Part shown: piece after piece, positions 1-9,664 of the stretch
Numbering within the stretch: the first letter of the stretch is position 1
How the letters are laid out: each line of letters opens with the position of its first letter
Origin: an uncultured Rhodospirillaceae bacterium
Lineage (GTDB): Bacteria; Pseudomonadota; Alphaproteobacteria; Ferrovibrionales; Ferrovibrionaceae
DNA: 64,000 bases
Assembly: GCA_964429465.1 (NCBI GenBank)
Contig: CAYSCA010000002.1
Span: 7,702 to 71,701 of the forward strand
Direction: 5' to 3'
Made by a program: the position numbers and the translations under genes
Notes under the pieces: generated by a model
Told to the model about the DNA's origin: nothing
The model's database searches: none
The model's input: the letters and a program-made list of their open reading frames with translations, nothing else

Positions 1-599
1 CACAGATTCAGCCGGGCCAGGGCGAAGTCCGCGACGCCGCCATCCTCCATGTCGACATCCGCGGCTTCACGCCGCTTTCGACCCGGCTTACGCCGGATGA
101 CCTCATGCTGCTGCTCGCCGATTACCAGGCGCGCATGGTGGCGGCAATTCACGCCCAGGGCGGCAGCGTCGACAAGTTTCTCGGCGACGGCATCCTGGCC
201 TCGTTCGGAGCGGCCCGGCCGAGTACGACTTACGCGGCCGATGGCCTGCGCGCAGTCCATGCGCTGAAACAGGCGGCGGAATCCTGGAATGCCGAACGCG
301 CCACCGCGGGGGCGGAGCCGGTGCGGATCGGCGTCACCCTGGCAGCGGGGGCCGTCATTTTCGGCGCGGTCGGAGATGCCTCGCGGCTGGAATATACGGT
401 GATCGGCGATGCCGTAAATCTCGCCGCCAAACTGGACAAGCAATGCAAGGTCGAAAGCTGTTTCGGCCTGGCTTCCGCCGAGACGCTGGCCCTGGCGCGG
501 GCGCAAGGCTACGAGCCGCCCGCCCATATCGAGATCCGCCGCGGGCGTCAGGTGGATGGCGTCCCCGATCCGGTCGATCTGGCGATCATCGAACCCTAG
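1..599 (+). CDS. class III adenylate/guanylate cyclase, C-terminal catalytic domain (5' end outside window)
   Basis: Frame is open from base 3 with no stop. Translation 'AILHVDIRGFTPLSTRL...KFLGDGILASFG...YTVIGDAVNLAAKL' matches class III cyclase catalytic motifs. TAG at 597-599. Confidence 0.8.
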   Translation, partial: QIQPGQGEVRDAAILHVDIRGFTPLSTRLTPDDLMLLLADYQARMVAAIHAQGGSVDKFLGDGILASFGAARPSTTYAADGLRAVHALKQAAESWNAERATAGAEPVRIGVTLAAGAVIFGAVGDASRLEYTVIGDAVNLAAKLDKQCKVESCFGLASAETLALARAQGYEPPAHIEIRRGRQVDGVPDPVDLAIIEP

Positions 600-1765
600 C
601 GGTAGGGGTCGGCAGCGTCGCGCAGCCCGTCGCCGAAGAAGTTGAAGGCCAGCACCACGATGATAACCGGGATGGCCGGCGCCATCAGCCAGGGATAGAG
701 CGCCACGACATTGATGTTCTGCGCCTCGTTCAGCAGAACGCCCCAGGAGGTTATCGGCGGGCGCAATCCCAGGCCAAGAAAGGAAAGCGCGGTTTCGCCA
801 AGGATCATGGTCGGGATCGACAGCGTCGCCGAGGCAATCAGATGGCTCATGAAGCTGGGCAGCAGGTGTCGCCCGATGATCCGGCCGGGCGAGGCGCCCA
901 TCAGCTGGGCCGCGACGGCGAAATCCTCCTCGCGCAGGGCCAGCAGCTTGGAGCGCACCGCCCGCGCCAGGCCCGGCCAGTCCAGCAGGCCCAGGATGAT
1001 CGTGATGCCGAAATAGACCAGGATCGGCGACCAGGTGACCGGCAGGGCGGCTGACAAGGCCATCCAGAGCGGCAGTTCCGGCAGGCTGCGGATCAGTTCG
1101 ATCAGACGCTGGATCAGGTTGTCGACCCAGCCGCCGTAATAGCCGGAAATTCCGCCCAGCACGATCCCGATCAGAAAGCTGATCGCGATGCCGAGCAGGC
1201 CTACCGTCAGCGAGATGCGCGTGCCGTAAACGATGCGGGAGAAAATATCGCGGCCCAGGCGATCAGTCCCGAGCAGGTAGAAATGACCGCCCTCCGCCGG
1301 GCAGACGAAATGGAAGCGCATCGGCACCATGCCCCACAGATCATAGGCATCGCCCTGGCAGAAGAAGCGCAGGGGATGAATGCGTGAGGTGTCGGCAGTG
1401 TATTCCCGCTTCAGGGTTTCCGTGTTCATACGGAAGCGCTGACCATAGACAAAAGGCCCGATGAACTCGCCTTCATGAAAGAGGTGTATCTCGTGCGGCG
1501 GCGCGTAGATTGCCCGGGGGTTCCTGGTCTGAAGCCCATAGGGTGCGATGAATTCCGAGCAGAGCGTCGAGGCATAGATCAGCAGCAGGATCACGCCGCT
1601 CCATACGCCGAGGCGATGGCGACGGAACTTCCACCACATCATCCTCCACTGCGAGGCGCGGTAATAGCCCTCCTGCTCGGGCGTCATGGCTTCGATCGAA
1701 TAAGGATCGAAGGGTGCGCCGCTCACCCAGTGTTCGAGCCGGCCGGATTCGCTTTGCCGATTCAT
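596..1765 (-). CDS. ABC transporter permease, peptide/opine type (DppC/YejE-like)
   Basis: 389-aa multi-TM ORF with permease core 'SLTVGLLGIAISFLIGIVLGGISGYYGGWVDNLIQR'. Start overlaps the upstream stop (ATGA, 1762-1765). Confidence 0.85.
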   Translation of the reverse strand: MNRQSESGRLEHWVSGAPFDPYSIEAMTPEQEGYYRASQWRMMWWKFRRHRLGVWSGVILLLIYASTLCSEFIAPYGLQTRNPRAIYAPPHEIHLFHEGEFIGPFVYGQRFRMNTETLKREYTADTSRIHPLRFFCQGDAYDLWGMVPMRFHFVCPAEGGHFYLLGTDRLGRDIFSRIVYGTRISLTVGLLGIAISFLIGIVLGGISGYYGGWVDNLIQRLIELIRSLPELPLWMALSAALPVTWSPILVYFGITIILGLLDWPGLARAVRSKLLALREEDFAVAAQLMGASPGRIIGRHLLPSFMSHLIASATLSIPTMILGETALSFLGLGLRPPITSWGVLLNEAQNINVVALYPWLMAPAIPVIIVVLAFNFFGDGLRDAADPYR

Positions 1766-2787
1766 TTCGCCTGGCCTCCCGTCAGGCGGATTCGCGGGTC
1801 AAGCCAGGCCAGCAGGATGTCGGAAATCAGCATGCCGAAAACGGTCAGCACCGCAAGAAACATCAGGAACGATCCGGCCAGATACTGATCGAGCGACTGC
1901 AGGGCGCCGAGCAGCATCGGGCCGGCGGTGGGCAGGCTCATCACGACCGAAACGATCACCGATCCCGACACCACCGACGGCAGCAGGTTGCCGATATCCG
2001 CAATGAACGGGTTCAGCGCCATGCGGATCGGGTATTTGATCAGCAGCCGCATCGGCGGCACGCCTTTGGCGCGTGCCGTCGTGACATACTGTTTCTGCAG
2101 TTCATCCAGCAGGTTTGCGCGCAAGCGCCGGATCATCGCCGCCGTGCCGGAGGTACCGATCACGATCACCGGAACAGCCATATGTGCGAACAGAGACTGG
2201 ATTTTCTTCCAGTTCCACGGCGCATCGATCAGCTCGGGATCGACCAGGCCGCCCATGCTGACGCCGAACCAGACATTGACATAGTAGAGCAGGACCAGCG
2301 CCAGCAGGAAATTCGGTGTGGCCAGGCCGATATAGCCGAAGAGGGTGAAGCCATAATCGCCCCAGGAATACTGCCGGGTCGCCGAATAGACGCCGATCGG
2401 AAACGCCACAATATAGATGAAGAGGATGGTGAAGAGATTGATGATGGCGGTCATCACCAGGCGGTCGCCGATCAGCTCGCCGACCGGACGGTTGTATTCG
2501 AACGACCAGCCCCAATCGCCCTGCATCAATCCGGACAGGCCATTCGGGCCAGGCCAGAAGCCCATCCAGATCGCGTATTGCTCGAGCAGGGGCCGGTCGA
2601 GGGCATATTGCCTGCGCAGGAATTCCGCGCGCTCCAGTGCGGAGCTGTCGCCCTGGGCGCGCAGTTCGGCGATCTGGTTGCTGAGATAATCTCCGGGCGG
2701 CAGTTTGATGATGAGGAATATCAGGAGGCTGATGATCAGCAGCGTCGGGATCATCAGCAGCAGGCGGCGCGCAAGATACATCAACAT
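1762..2787 (-). CDS. ABC transporter permease, peptide/opine type (DppB/YejB-like)
   Basis: 341-aa multi-TM ORF. N-terminus 'MLMYLARRLLLMIPTLLIISLLIFLII' is typical of DppB-family permeases. Confidence 0.85.
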   Translation of the reverse strand: MLMYLARRLLLMIPTLLIISLLIFLIIKLPPGDYLSNQIAELRAQGDSSALERAEFLRRQYALDRPLLEQYAIWMGFWPGPNGLSGLMQGDWGWSFEYNRPVGELIGDRLVMTAIINLFTILFIYIVAFPIGVYSATRQYSWGDYGFTLFGYIGLATPNFLLALVLLYYVNVWFGVSMGGLVDPELIDAPWNWKKIQSLFAHMAVPVIVIGTSGTAAMIRRLRANLLDELQKQYVTTARAKGVPPMRLLIKYPIRMALNPFIADIGNLLPSVVSGSVIVSVVMSLPTAGPMLLGALQSLDQYLAGSFLMFLAVLTVFGMLISDILLAWLDPRIRLTGGQAK

Positions 2788-2802
2788 CGGGTCGGCCTTG
2801 TC

Positions 2803-4704
2803 TTACGGGCGCAGCCAGAAGGTTTCAGGCCTGTAGATGCCGATGAACGCCCCCGGATCCCAGTTGAATATTCCTTCCTTCGGAATATTGGCCAGCTTTT
2901 TGTTGATCACGATCGGCTGAAACACGCCGCTGACCACACCGATCGTGAAGGTCTGGTCGGCGTGGATCGACAGCATGCGATGCCAGATCCGTTCGCGCTC
3001 CGCCGTATCGTCGGCATCCAGCCAGGTCTGGAACAGATCGAACAATTCGCGCGCGACCGGCATATCGATCGGTTCGCCGGATTGTCCGCCCGTCTCATAC
3101 CACTGGCCCCATTTCGGCCATTGCAGGCCGTATTGCGAGGTCGGCGCCAGCTCGTTGGGGATGGTTTCGGGCCTAGCCAGGCCATTCTCCAGCCCGGTCC
3201 AGACCGACATCATCGCCTCTCCGGAGAAGATCCGGTTGCGCACGATGTCGCGCTGGCTCGGCTTGGCGAACAGCTTGACCCCGATATTTGCCCAATTCTC
3301 GCCGATCAGTTCCAGGATGTCGGTCTGTTCGGTATCCTCGCCGGCCGTCTCGACGACGATTTCCAGAGGTCGCCCGTCGGGGAGCAGGCGGATGCCATTG
3401 CCATCACGTTTGGTCAGGCCGAGCTGGTCCAGCAGCCGGTTCGCAGCGGCCGGGTCAAAGGTCGCATTCTTGGTCTGGTATTCCGGCCGGAACAGCGGGC
3501 TGCTGTTCAGCACGGTGTTGTTCGATTCTATCGCCAGGCCAAAGAACAGCGTCTCGTTGATCGCCTGACGATCGATCGCAAGCGACAGCGCCCGCCGGAA
3601 GTCGGCTTTCCGCATCAGGCTGCGCCAGGTTGGATCGTTACAATTCAAGTTCGGAAACAGCGCGAAATGCGAGCCTTTGGCGGTGCGCCACAGCAGCGTC
3701 TTGTAGCCCGCGCGTTTCTCGTTTTCCTTCAGGAAGGTGAAATTGTTGAAGGTTATGGTGCGGAACTGGAGGTCGACCTCGCCGGCGCCGGCTTTCGCGG
3801 CGATCAGCTTGCTGTCGGCCTGGGTCAGCACGATGCGGTCGATATAAGGCAACTGCCGGCCATTGCTGTCGATGCGATGGTAGTAGGGGTTGCGCTGCGC
3901 CAGGAAGCGGATGGCAGGCGGTCGCGTGGCGATGACCCACGGATCGAGCGACGGCAGATCCGGGTTGTCCGCCTCATACATGTTGTCGACCCGATTATGC
4001 AGGGCAGCCCAGTTGCGCCGCTTCGAGGCGGCGACTTCCCGCGCCAGCGCCTCCGGATCGGCGTATTTCACATGGAATTTCTTCATGTAATGGGCGGGGC
4101 GGTAGATGTAGAGTGGCGCCGCGCCGGCCAGCCGAGGCAGGAAATAGGGGTTCCGCTTGCTCCACTCGTAACGGACGGTAAGCTCGTCGGGAAAGCTCAC
4201 CTTCGGCGGTTCGCCATCCACCAGCAGCGCGATCGGCGGGCCTGACGGGCTGAGCTCCTTGTTGTTGGCCACATCTTCCCAGTAATAGCGGAAATCCTCT
4301 GCCGTAAACGGATGGCCATCCGACCACTTATGGCCCCGACGCAGGTGGAAGGTGAAAATCCGCTCGTCCTGGACGGAATAGGATTCCACAAGATCCGGAA
4401 CGATCTCGAAGGATTGGTCATAGACGACCAGTCGCGTATACCCGATCACGCTGAGCAGCCGCGTATCGCGCGCGCGGCCGATCAACGTCCGCAATTCCCC
4501 GCCGGACCGGCCGGCCTCTGCGGGCGCGGTATAGCTGACGATCAACGGCTGTTGCGGTACGCGCTGTTCCACGGGAGGAAGCCGTCCCCCCGCGACCTCG
4601 GCCTCCAGCGCGGGCGTTTCCTGCAAGTCTGCCGGCTGCGCGAAGGCATCGAAGCCTGCGACCAGCAGGGCACAGCAGAAGATGAGGCGATACATGCGTC
4701 TCAT
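2803..4704 (-). CDS. ABC transporter substrate-binding protein, family 5 (YejA-like size)
   Basis: 633-aa ORF with signal peptide '[23 protein letters not shown]' and a long family-5 binding-protein body. ATGA overlap with the upstream ATPase gene at 4701-4704. Confidence 0.85.
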   Translation of the reverse strand: MRRMYRLIFCCALLVAGFDAFAQPADLQETPALEAEVAGGRLPPVEQRVPQQPLIVSYTAPAEAGRSGGELRTLIGRARDTRLLSVIGYTRLVVYDQSFEIVPDLVESYSVQDERIFTFHLRRGHKWSDGHPFTAEDFRYYWEDVANNKELSPSGPPIALLVDGEPPKVSFPDELTVRYEWSKRNPYFLPRLAGAAPLYIYRPAHYMKKFHVKYADPEALAREVAASKRRNWAALHNRVDNMYEADNPDLPSLDPWVIATRPPAIRFLAQRNPYYHRIDSNGRQLPYIDRIVLTQADSKLIAAKAGAGEVDLQFRTITFNNFTFLKENEKRAGYKTLLWRTAKGSHFALFPNLNCNDPTWRSLMRKADFRRALSLAIDRQAINETLFFGLAIESNNTVLNSSPLFRPEYQTKNATFDPAAANRLLDQLGLTKRDGNGIRLLPDGRPLEIVVETAGEDTEQTDILELIGENWANIGVKLFAKPSQRDIVRNRIFSGEAMMSVWTGLENGLARPETIPNELAPTSQYGLQWPKWGQWYETGGQSGEPIDMPVARELFDLFQTWLDADDTAERERIWHRMLSIHADQTFTIGVVSGVFQPIVINKKLANIPKEGIFNWDPGAFIGIYRPETFWLRP

Positions 4705-6605
4705 GCGACCAGATCCCGCAACTCGGCATTGTCGGCGGCGCGCACGAGATGGCCATTGCCGATCTCGATCATGCGCGGCCGGGTTGAACCGCTGATGGTG
4801 AATGGCTGCGGCCAGGCGGCCGGGTTGGAAGCCTTGCCCTCCATGAGAAGGCGAAGATCCAGGCGGCTGCTCGGGTCCGGTTTCGGCACCGCCGAAAGCA
4901 GCGCCTTGGTGTAGGGATGGACAGGATTCGAGAACAGCGCTTCACGCGGTGCGATCTCGACCAGACGGCCGGCGCACATGACGGCAATACGGTCGGCGAT
5001 ATAATCCACCACGGCGAGATTGTGGGAGATGAACAGATAGGTCAGCCCAAGCTCCTTCTGCAGATCCTTCAGCAGGTTCAGAATCTGCGCCTGGATCGAG
5101 ACATCGAGCGCCGAGACCGGATCATCGCAGATCAGCAGGTCTGGCTGCAGGGCCAGAGCGCGGGCGATGCCAATGCGCTGCCGCTGGCCGCCCGAGAAGG
5201 AATGCGGGTAGCGGCGCATGAAGCGGGCGTCCAATCCAACCAGGGTCATCAGCTCCTTCACCCGCTCGAACCGCTCGTCATCGTCACCAATGCCATGGAT
5301 CACCATCGGCTCGGAGATGATGTCCAGCACCGTCATGCGCGGATTGAGCGACGAGAAGGGGTCCTGGAAGATGAACTGCACCTTGCGGCGATAGGCGAAG
5401 AGATCCTCGTCCTCCAATGTCAGGACGTCTGTCATCTGCTCACCATCATGGAACCGGATGGCGCCGCTGTCGGGCTTGAGGGCGCGAAGGATGAGCTTGC
5501 TGGCGGTCGTCTTGCCGCAGCCGGATTCGCCGACCAGTCCGAGGCACTCGCCGCGATTGATCGTGAAGCTGACATCATCGACGGCCAGAATGCGGGTCGA
5601 TTGCTGCCCGCCAAAGAGCCCGCCCTTGCGCAGGGTGAAGCTTTTGCTGACATGATCCACCTGCAGCAGCGGTTCGCCGACCGCGCCGGCGCTGCGCGGC
5701 CTGTTGCGCAGCAGGCCGCCGACTTCGGCCTTGATCTCGCGGATCGGGATCAGCCTTTCGCCCGGCTTCATGTCGAAGCGGGGCACGGCATTGAGCAGGG
5801 CGCGCAGATAGGAGTGGCGGGGATCGCGGAAGATGTCGTCGAGCGTGCCCCGCTCCATCACCTCGCCGTGATACATCACAACGATCTCATCAGCCATGTT
5901 GGCAACGACGCCAAGGTCGTGGGTGATCATCAACACGGCCATGCCGAGTTCGGCCTGCAGGTCCTTGATCAATTTCAGGATCTGCGCCTGGATGGTTACG
6001 TCGAGGGCCGTCGTGGGCTCATCGGCAATCAGCAGGGCCGGCCGGCAGACGAGCGCCATGGCAATCATGGCACGTTGCCGCAATCCGCCCGAGAGTTCGA
6101 AGGCATAGGTCTTCATCGCCCGTTGCGGGTCGGGGAAGCCGACCAGTCGCAGCATCTCGGTAGCGATTTCCCGGCCCTCGGCGGTACTCGATCTGCGATG
6201 CAGATGCAGGGATTCGGTGACCTGATCCCCGATCGTGTGGAGCGGGCTCAGCGAGGTCATCGGTTCCTGGAATATGATGGACATCCGCCCGCCCTGGAGG
6301 TCGCGCATCGCGGCGCTGCGCGGATCCAGCGAGGCGATGTCGATCGGGTCGGCCGGCGTTAGCGGATCGAAGAACCGGATGCTGCCGCCGGCTATCCGCG
6401 CGATGCGCGGCAGAATACCCATGATGCTCTGGCTGACGACCGATTTACCCGATCCGGACTCGCCGACCAGGGCAACTGTTCGGCCCTGAGGGATGCGGAA
6501 GCTGACGCCATTGACAGCCTTGATCAGGCCTTCGGGCAGCGTGAAATGGACGTGCAAGTCGTCGATTTCGAGGACATTTCCGGTCACGGCCGTTCCTCGT
6601 GCCAT
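4701..6605 (-). CDS. ABC transporter ATP-binding protein, fused double ATPase (YejF/DppDF-like)
   Basis: 634 aa with two complete NBDs. Walker A 'GESGSGKS' and 'GESGCGKT', signatures 'LSGGLRQR' and 'FSGGQRQR', Walker B 'LLIADEP' and 'LLICDDP'. Confidence 0.9.
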   Translation of the reverse strand: MARGTAVTGNVLEIDDLHVHFTLPEGLIKAVNGVSFRIPQGRTVALVGESGSGKSVVSQSIMGILPRIARIAGGSIRFFDPLTPADPIDIASLDPRSAAMRDLQGGRMSIIFQEPMTSLSPLHTIGDQVTESLHLHRRSSTAEGREIATEMLRLVGFPDPQRAMKTYAFELSGGLRQRAMIAMALVCRPALLIADEPTTALDVTIQAQILKLIKDLQAELGMAVLMITHDLGVVANMADEIVVMYHGEVMERGTLDDIFRDPRHSYLRALLNAVPRFDMKPGERLIPIREIKAEVGGLLRNRPRSAGAVGEPLLQVDHVSKSFTLRKGGLFGGQQSTRILAVDDVSFTINRGECLGLVGESGCGKTTASKLILRALKPDSGAIRFHDGEQMTDVLTLEDEDLFAYRRKVQFIFQDPFSSLNPRMTVLDIISEPMVIHGIGDDDERFERVKELMTLVGLDARFMRRYPHSFSGGQRQRIGIARALALQPDLLICDDPVSALDVSIQAQILNLLKDLQKELGLTYLFISHNLAVVDYIADRIAVMCAGRLVEIAPREALFSNPVHPYTKALLSAVPKPDPSSRLDLRLLMEGKASNPAAWPQPFTISGSTRPRMIEIGNGHLVRAADNAELRDLVA

Positions 6606-7114
6606 TGTCCGGCATCGGTGAGCAGCCGGGTGGCATTGGCGCGCGTCGACGCACTGACCGCAATCCCGTTCCGGTCGGCCGCCGCGAGGGCCTGCTGAAC
6701 CAGATGCGGAAAGCCGCTCAGGTTGCTGTCGACCCGCAGGCGCGCCCTGTGTCCTTCCGCCCTGTGCCCTTCAATGGTCAATTGCAGCCATCCCTCGCTC
6801 CGATCGCGGCGTGTCGAATAGAACCGCAGGCCGATACCTGTAATATCCGACCACGGCATGACCGTCCGACGACGCTCGAACCCCCACCGGTTGTGCGATG
6901 CGATGCCTGAAGGGTCGAGTTCGATCTCGATCTGCTGACGCCACAAAGTGATGGCGCCTAGCCAGACAAAAAGCAGGCTCAAGCCGGTCAACAGGGCAAA
7001 AATGACAGATTGGGGCGCGGCAAACAACAGCAGTCCGAGGCAGGCAAGCAGCCCCAGGCCGGACCGCAGATAGTCGGGCCACAGGCGGGAAGCAGGATAA
7101 TGCAGGAGAGTCAT
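6584..7114 (-). CDS. small membrane protein, function unknown (2 TM helices plus a soluble, possibly PH-like domain)
   Basis: 176-aa ORF. Hydrophobic spans 'GLGLLACLGLLLFAAP' and 'FALLTGLSLLFVWLGAITLW'. Overlaps both neighbours (7111-7114 ATGA; 22 nt with the ATPase gene). Confidence 0.5.
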   Translation of the reverse strand: MTLLHYPASRLWPDYLRSGLGLLACLGLLLFAAPQSVIFALLTGLSLLFVWLGAITLWRQQIEIELDPSGIASHNRWGFERRRTVMPWSDITGIGLRFYSTRRDRSEGWLQLTIEGHRAEGHRARLRVDSNLSGFPHLVQQALAAADRNGIAVSASTRANATRLLTDAGQWHEERP

Positions 7115-7920
7115 GATCGGAGGATGGCGTCGTCGGCGCCGATCCGCAGGCTGCCTTCCAGATCGAGCCAGTCGCCGGCCGGGTGTTTCCGGATGCGCAT
7201 GAGGAAGTCCGCAATGAAATCCCAGCCCGCTTCATCATGGCGCAGATGATGGGTCAGCAGACCAAGCGCTTGTTGCGGTGCAGCACCGCGGCGCATCTCT
7301 TCCAGACTTTGCCGGGCGGCCGATAGGGCCGTTTTGATACCGGCGATACTATCCCGCCCTTTCCAGTCAACGGGGTCGACATGCGTATTCACCTGGCACA
7401 GACCGGGGGCAGCCCAGTATTGCTGCCGCAGCTGAAAACCGGAGAGCACCGAGAAGCCCAAGTGTGCCAGATGGCCCGTCAGCCCGGCAGGAAAGCGGTT
7501 CCAGGGAGGAACCAGGATGGAGCGGGTTTGCTGCGGGAACAGCACGCGCATTATGGCCTGCCCTTCCTCCAGATCCTGCAGGCTGCTCTCCCAGGGCCGG
7601 GAGAGGGGGAATTCGCATTTCTTTTCGCAGGGCGCGGCATGGTTGATATGAGCAAAGCCATGCTGCGCTGCGGTAATAGCCGGTCGCATATTCAGAAAAT
7701 CGGCGAATCCGGCTGTCGCCTGCTGGGGCACTACCGCGATCGTCAGGGGCACGGCCATTTCTGACTGAAGGTCCAGAAGGCGCCGCAGCGCCGGCGTGAC
7801 CTTGGCGGCATCGTCATCGCGCCACCAGAACCAGGCGGTGCGGCCCTCTGCGGCCCAGCGGTCCAGTTCCCGATCCAGGGCCTCCCAATCATCGCGGAGC
7901 AAGGTGGCCGATGCCGTCAT
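7111..7920 (-). CDS. polysaccharide deacetylase-like protein (NodB superfamily-like)
   Basis: Start chosen at ATG 7918-7920 ('MTASATLLRDDWEALD'), which forms an ATGA overlap with the upstream stop. The 411-aa track ORF is an N-terminal over-extension into the next gene. 'FWWRDDDA' and His-rich motifs support the call. Family call is tentative. Confidence 0.6.
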   Translation of the reverse strand: MTASATLLRDDWEALDRELDRWAAEGRTAWFWWRDDDAAKVTPALRRLLDLQSEMAVPLTIAVVPQQATAGFADFLNMRPAITAAQHGFAHINHAAPCEKKCEFPLSRPWESSLQDLEEGQAIMRVLFPQQTRSILVPPWNRFPAGLTGHLAHLGFSVLSGFQLRQQYWAAPGLCQVNTHVDPVDWKGRDSIAGIKTALSAARQSLEEMRRGAAPQQALGLLTHHLRHDEAGWDFIADFLMRIRKHPAGDWLDLEGSLRIGADDAILRS

Positions 7921-9077
7921 TGCGGGAAGCGGTCCTGTAGCGCTTGGCGAACCAGCCGGACAACCTCTTCGGTGCCATTGAGGTTGATGCCGGCCGCCGC
8001 AGAAGGGGGGGCAGCCAGCGCCGCATCTATGGCGGCTGCCAGGCGCTCCGCACTCAGTTCGGATTCGCGCACCACCTGCAGCAATCCGCGCTGTGCCAGC
8101 AGATTGGCCCGCAAGGCCTGTTCGGTTTCCTCGCCGCCCGAGAACGGGACCACGACGCCCCGGGCGCGGCTGGCGAGCGTCTCCATAACGGTATTGTATC
8201 CGGCCTTGCTGATCGACAGCAGGCACCGGCGCAGCATGCCGGGAAAATCCGGCCGCGCCGGCTCGATGACGACCCCCGGGCCGGCCATGTTCCGCAGCGC
8301 CTCTATGGCCTCCGGCTGCTCGTGGCGGCTGAGCAGCAGGCGCCACGGCTTGTCACGGGCCGCCGAAAGCGGCCGCGCGGCCAGCGCCGTGCGGAACAGC
8401 GGCATCCCCACGGCACCGCCTCCCGCCGAGACCAGCACCTCGCCGGTGCCAGCCTCGGTGATCGGTACATTATGCTGTTCGACGATATAGCCAGTATATT
8501 GCAGTTGCCCCCTGATCTGTTCAGCCAGGGGAAAGGTCTGCTCGAAGGGGATGACGGCCGGATCGCCGTGAACGAGCGCGCCATCGTAAAACTGCTGCAG
8601 CCAGGCAATGGTGTCGAGGTCGCGCTCCGGCTTCGAGCGGTCGACGAGAATGTCGCGTACGGAACTGAAGACCAGCGGGCGCGGCCTCATCTCCCGGATG
8701 CGCGTGAGCAGCGGCAGCAATTCGAACCGCATGGGGCGGCGCCCGAACGGAAACAGTTCGGTGAGAAGGACATCCGGCGCAATCTCGTCGAACATGCGAT
8801 TCAGGATGCTCAGCCGGGCAGCACGCCAATCATCGGTTATCGGTATGTTGTTTTCGTCGAGCAGCACGCGAAAGCTGGCATCCTGGGCGCGCGCGGGCGG
8901 TAGTTGCAGGAAGCGGATGCCGTCCAGGCCGTGCAGGGTGGGATCGGGCATGCCGCCGGAGACCAGCGTGGTCTCGAAACCGCCGCGCGCCATCGACCGG
9001 GCGATCGCCGAAACACGATGCAGATGCCCGACACCGAGCAGATGCTGCACATAGATCATGACGCGCGGCATCGCCAT
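7917..9077 (-). CDS. glycosyltransferase, GT-B fold (MurG/GT28-like, 'GxGHxxR' type)
   Basis: 386 aa. N-terminus 'VMIYVQHLLGVGHLHRVSAIARSM' is paralogous to the 12068-13294 product. The C-terminal half is GT28_C-like. Confidence 0.7.
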   Translation of the reverse strand: MAMPRVMIYVQHLLGVGHLHRVSAIARSMARGGFETTLVSGGMPDPTLHGLDGIRFLQLPPARAQDASFRVLLDENNIPITDDWRAARLSILNRMFDEIAPDVLLTELFPFGRRPMRFELLPLLTRIREMRPRPLVFSSVRDILVDRSKPERDLDTIAWLQQFYDGALVHGDPAVIPFEQTFPLAEQIRGQLQYTGYIVEQHNVPITEAGTGEVLVSAGGGAVGMPLFRTALAARPLSAARDKPWRLLLSRHEQPEAIEALRNMAGPGVVIEPARPDFPGMLRRCLLSISKAGYNTVMETLASRARGVVVPFSGGEETEQALRANLLAQRGLLQVVRESELSAERLAAAIDAALAAPPSAAAGINLNGTEEVVRLVRQALQDRFPQ

Positions 9078-9082
9078 CGCCC

Positions 9083-9664
9083 TTACTCCAGCGGAATGTT
9101 CATGGCCAGAGGCTCCGGCCGGCCATCGGCGGTGATGCCGAATTCATGCAGGCAGCTCCAGTTCACCTTGACCGGAGGTTTCCCGATCATCGGCCAGCCG
9201 TAAGCCTGGGCCAGGATCGCGCGAATGACGCCCTTGTGGGTTATGGCGCCGACGTCAACCGTGCCGGCACCCAGCCGCTGCAGCCAGGGACGCAGTCGCT
9301 CCTGCACCTGTCGCGGACTCTCGCCGCCCGGAGGCTGGAAATCCAGACCGCGCTGTTCATTGACGGCGAAGGCTTCACCATACTGGGTATTCAATTCTGC
9401 CAGGGTTCGGCCCTCATAGGCACCCCAGTCCATTTCGGTGAGCGCCGGCTCCACCGCAGCCTCGATGCCGAGCAGGGCGGCGGTTTCCTGCGCGCGGCGT
9501 AGCGGGCTGACCAGCCAGGCTCTCTGTCGGTAGGGTGCGGGCAAGCGGAGGCCGGTGAAAGCCGCGCGGCCGGCCTCGGAAAGCGGCATGTCTGCGCGGC
9601 CCTGGATGCGACGGTCCGCGTTCCAGCCCGTCGGCGCGTGTCGCAGTAGCGCAAGCCGGATCAT
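9083..9664 (-). CDS. histidine phosphatase family protein (phosphoglycerate-mutase-like)
   Basis: 193 aa. N-terminal 'LALLRHAPTGWN' is an RH(G/A)-type catalytic motif. ATGA overlap with the upstream GT at 9661-9664. Confidence 0.8.
   Translation of the reverse strand: MIRLALLRHAPTGWNADRRIQGRADMPLSEAGRAAFTGLRLPAPYRQRAWLVSPLRRAQETAALLGIEAAVEPALTEMDWGAYEGRTLAELNTQYGEAFAVNEQRGLDFQPPGGESPRQVQERLRPWLQRLGAGTVDVGAITHKGVIRAILAQAYGWPMIGKPPVKVNWSCLHEFGITADGRPEPLAMNIPLE

Noticed and set aside
1714-4245. 843-aa ORF on the plus strand spanning three transporter genes
   Set aside because: It lies antisense to clearly recognisable permease and binding-protein genes. Its translation is an R/H/D/Q/G-rich string with no motifs, which is typical of a spurious open frame on the opposite strand of high-GC coding DNA.
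7921-8346. N-terminal 142-aa extension of the deacetylase-like ORF (track ORF 7111-8346)
   Set aside because: The extension is Arg/Gly/Pro-rich and overlaps the 3' half of the upstream glycosyltransferase gene. The internal ATG at 7918-7920 gives an ATGA stop/start junction and a sensible N-terminus.
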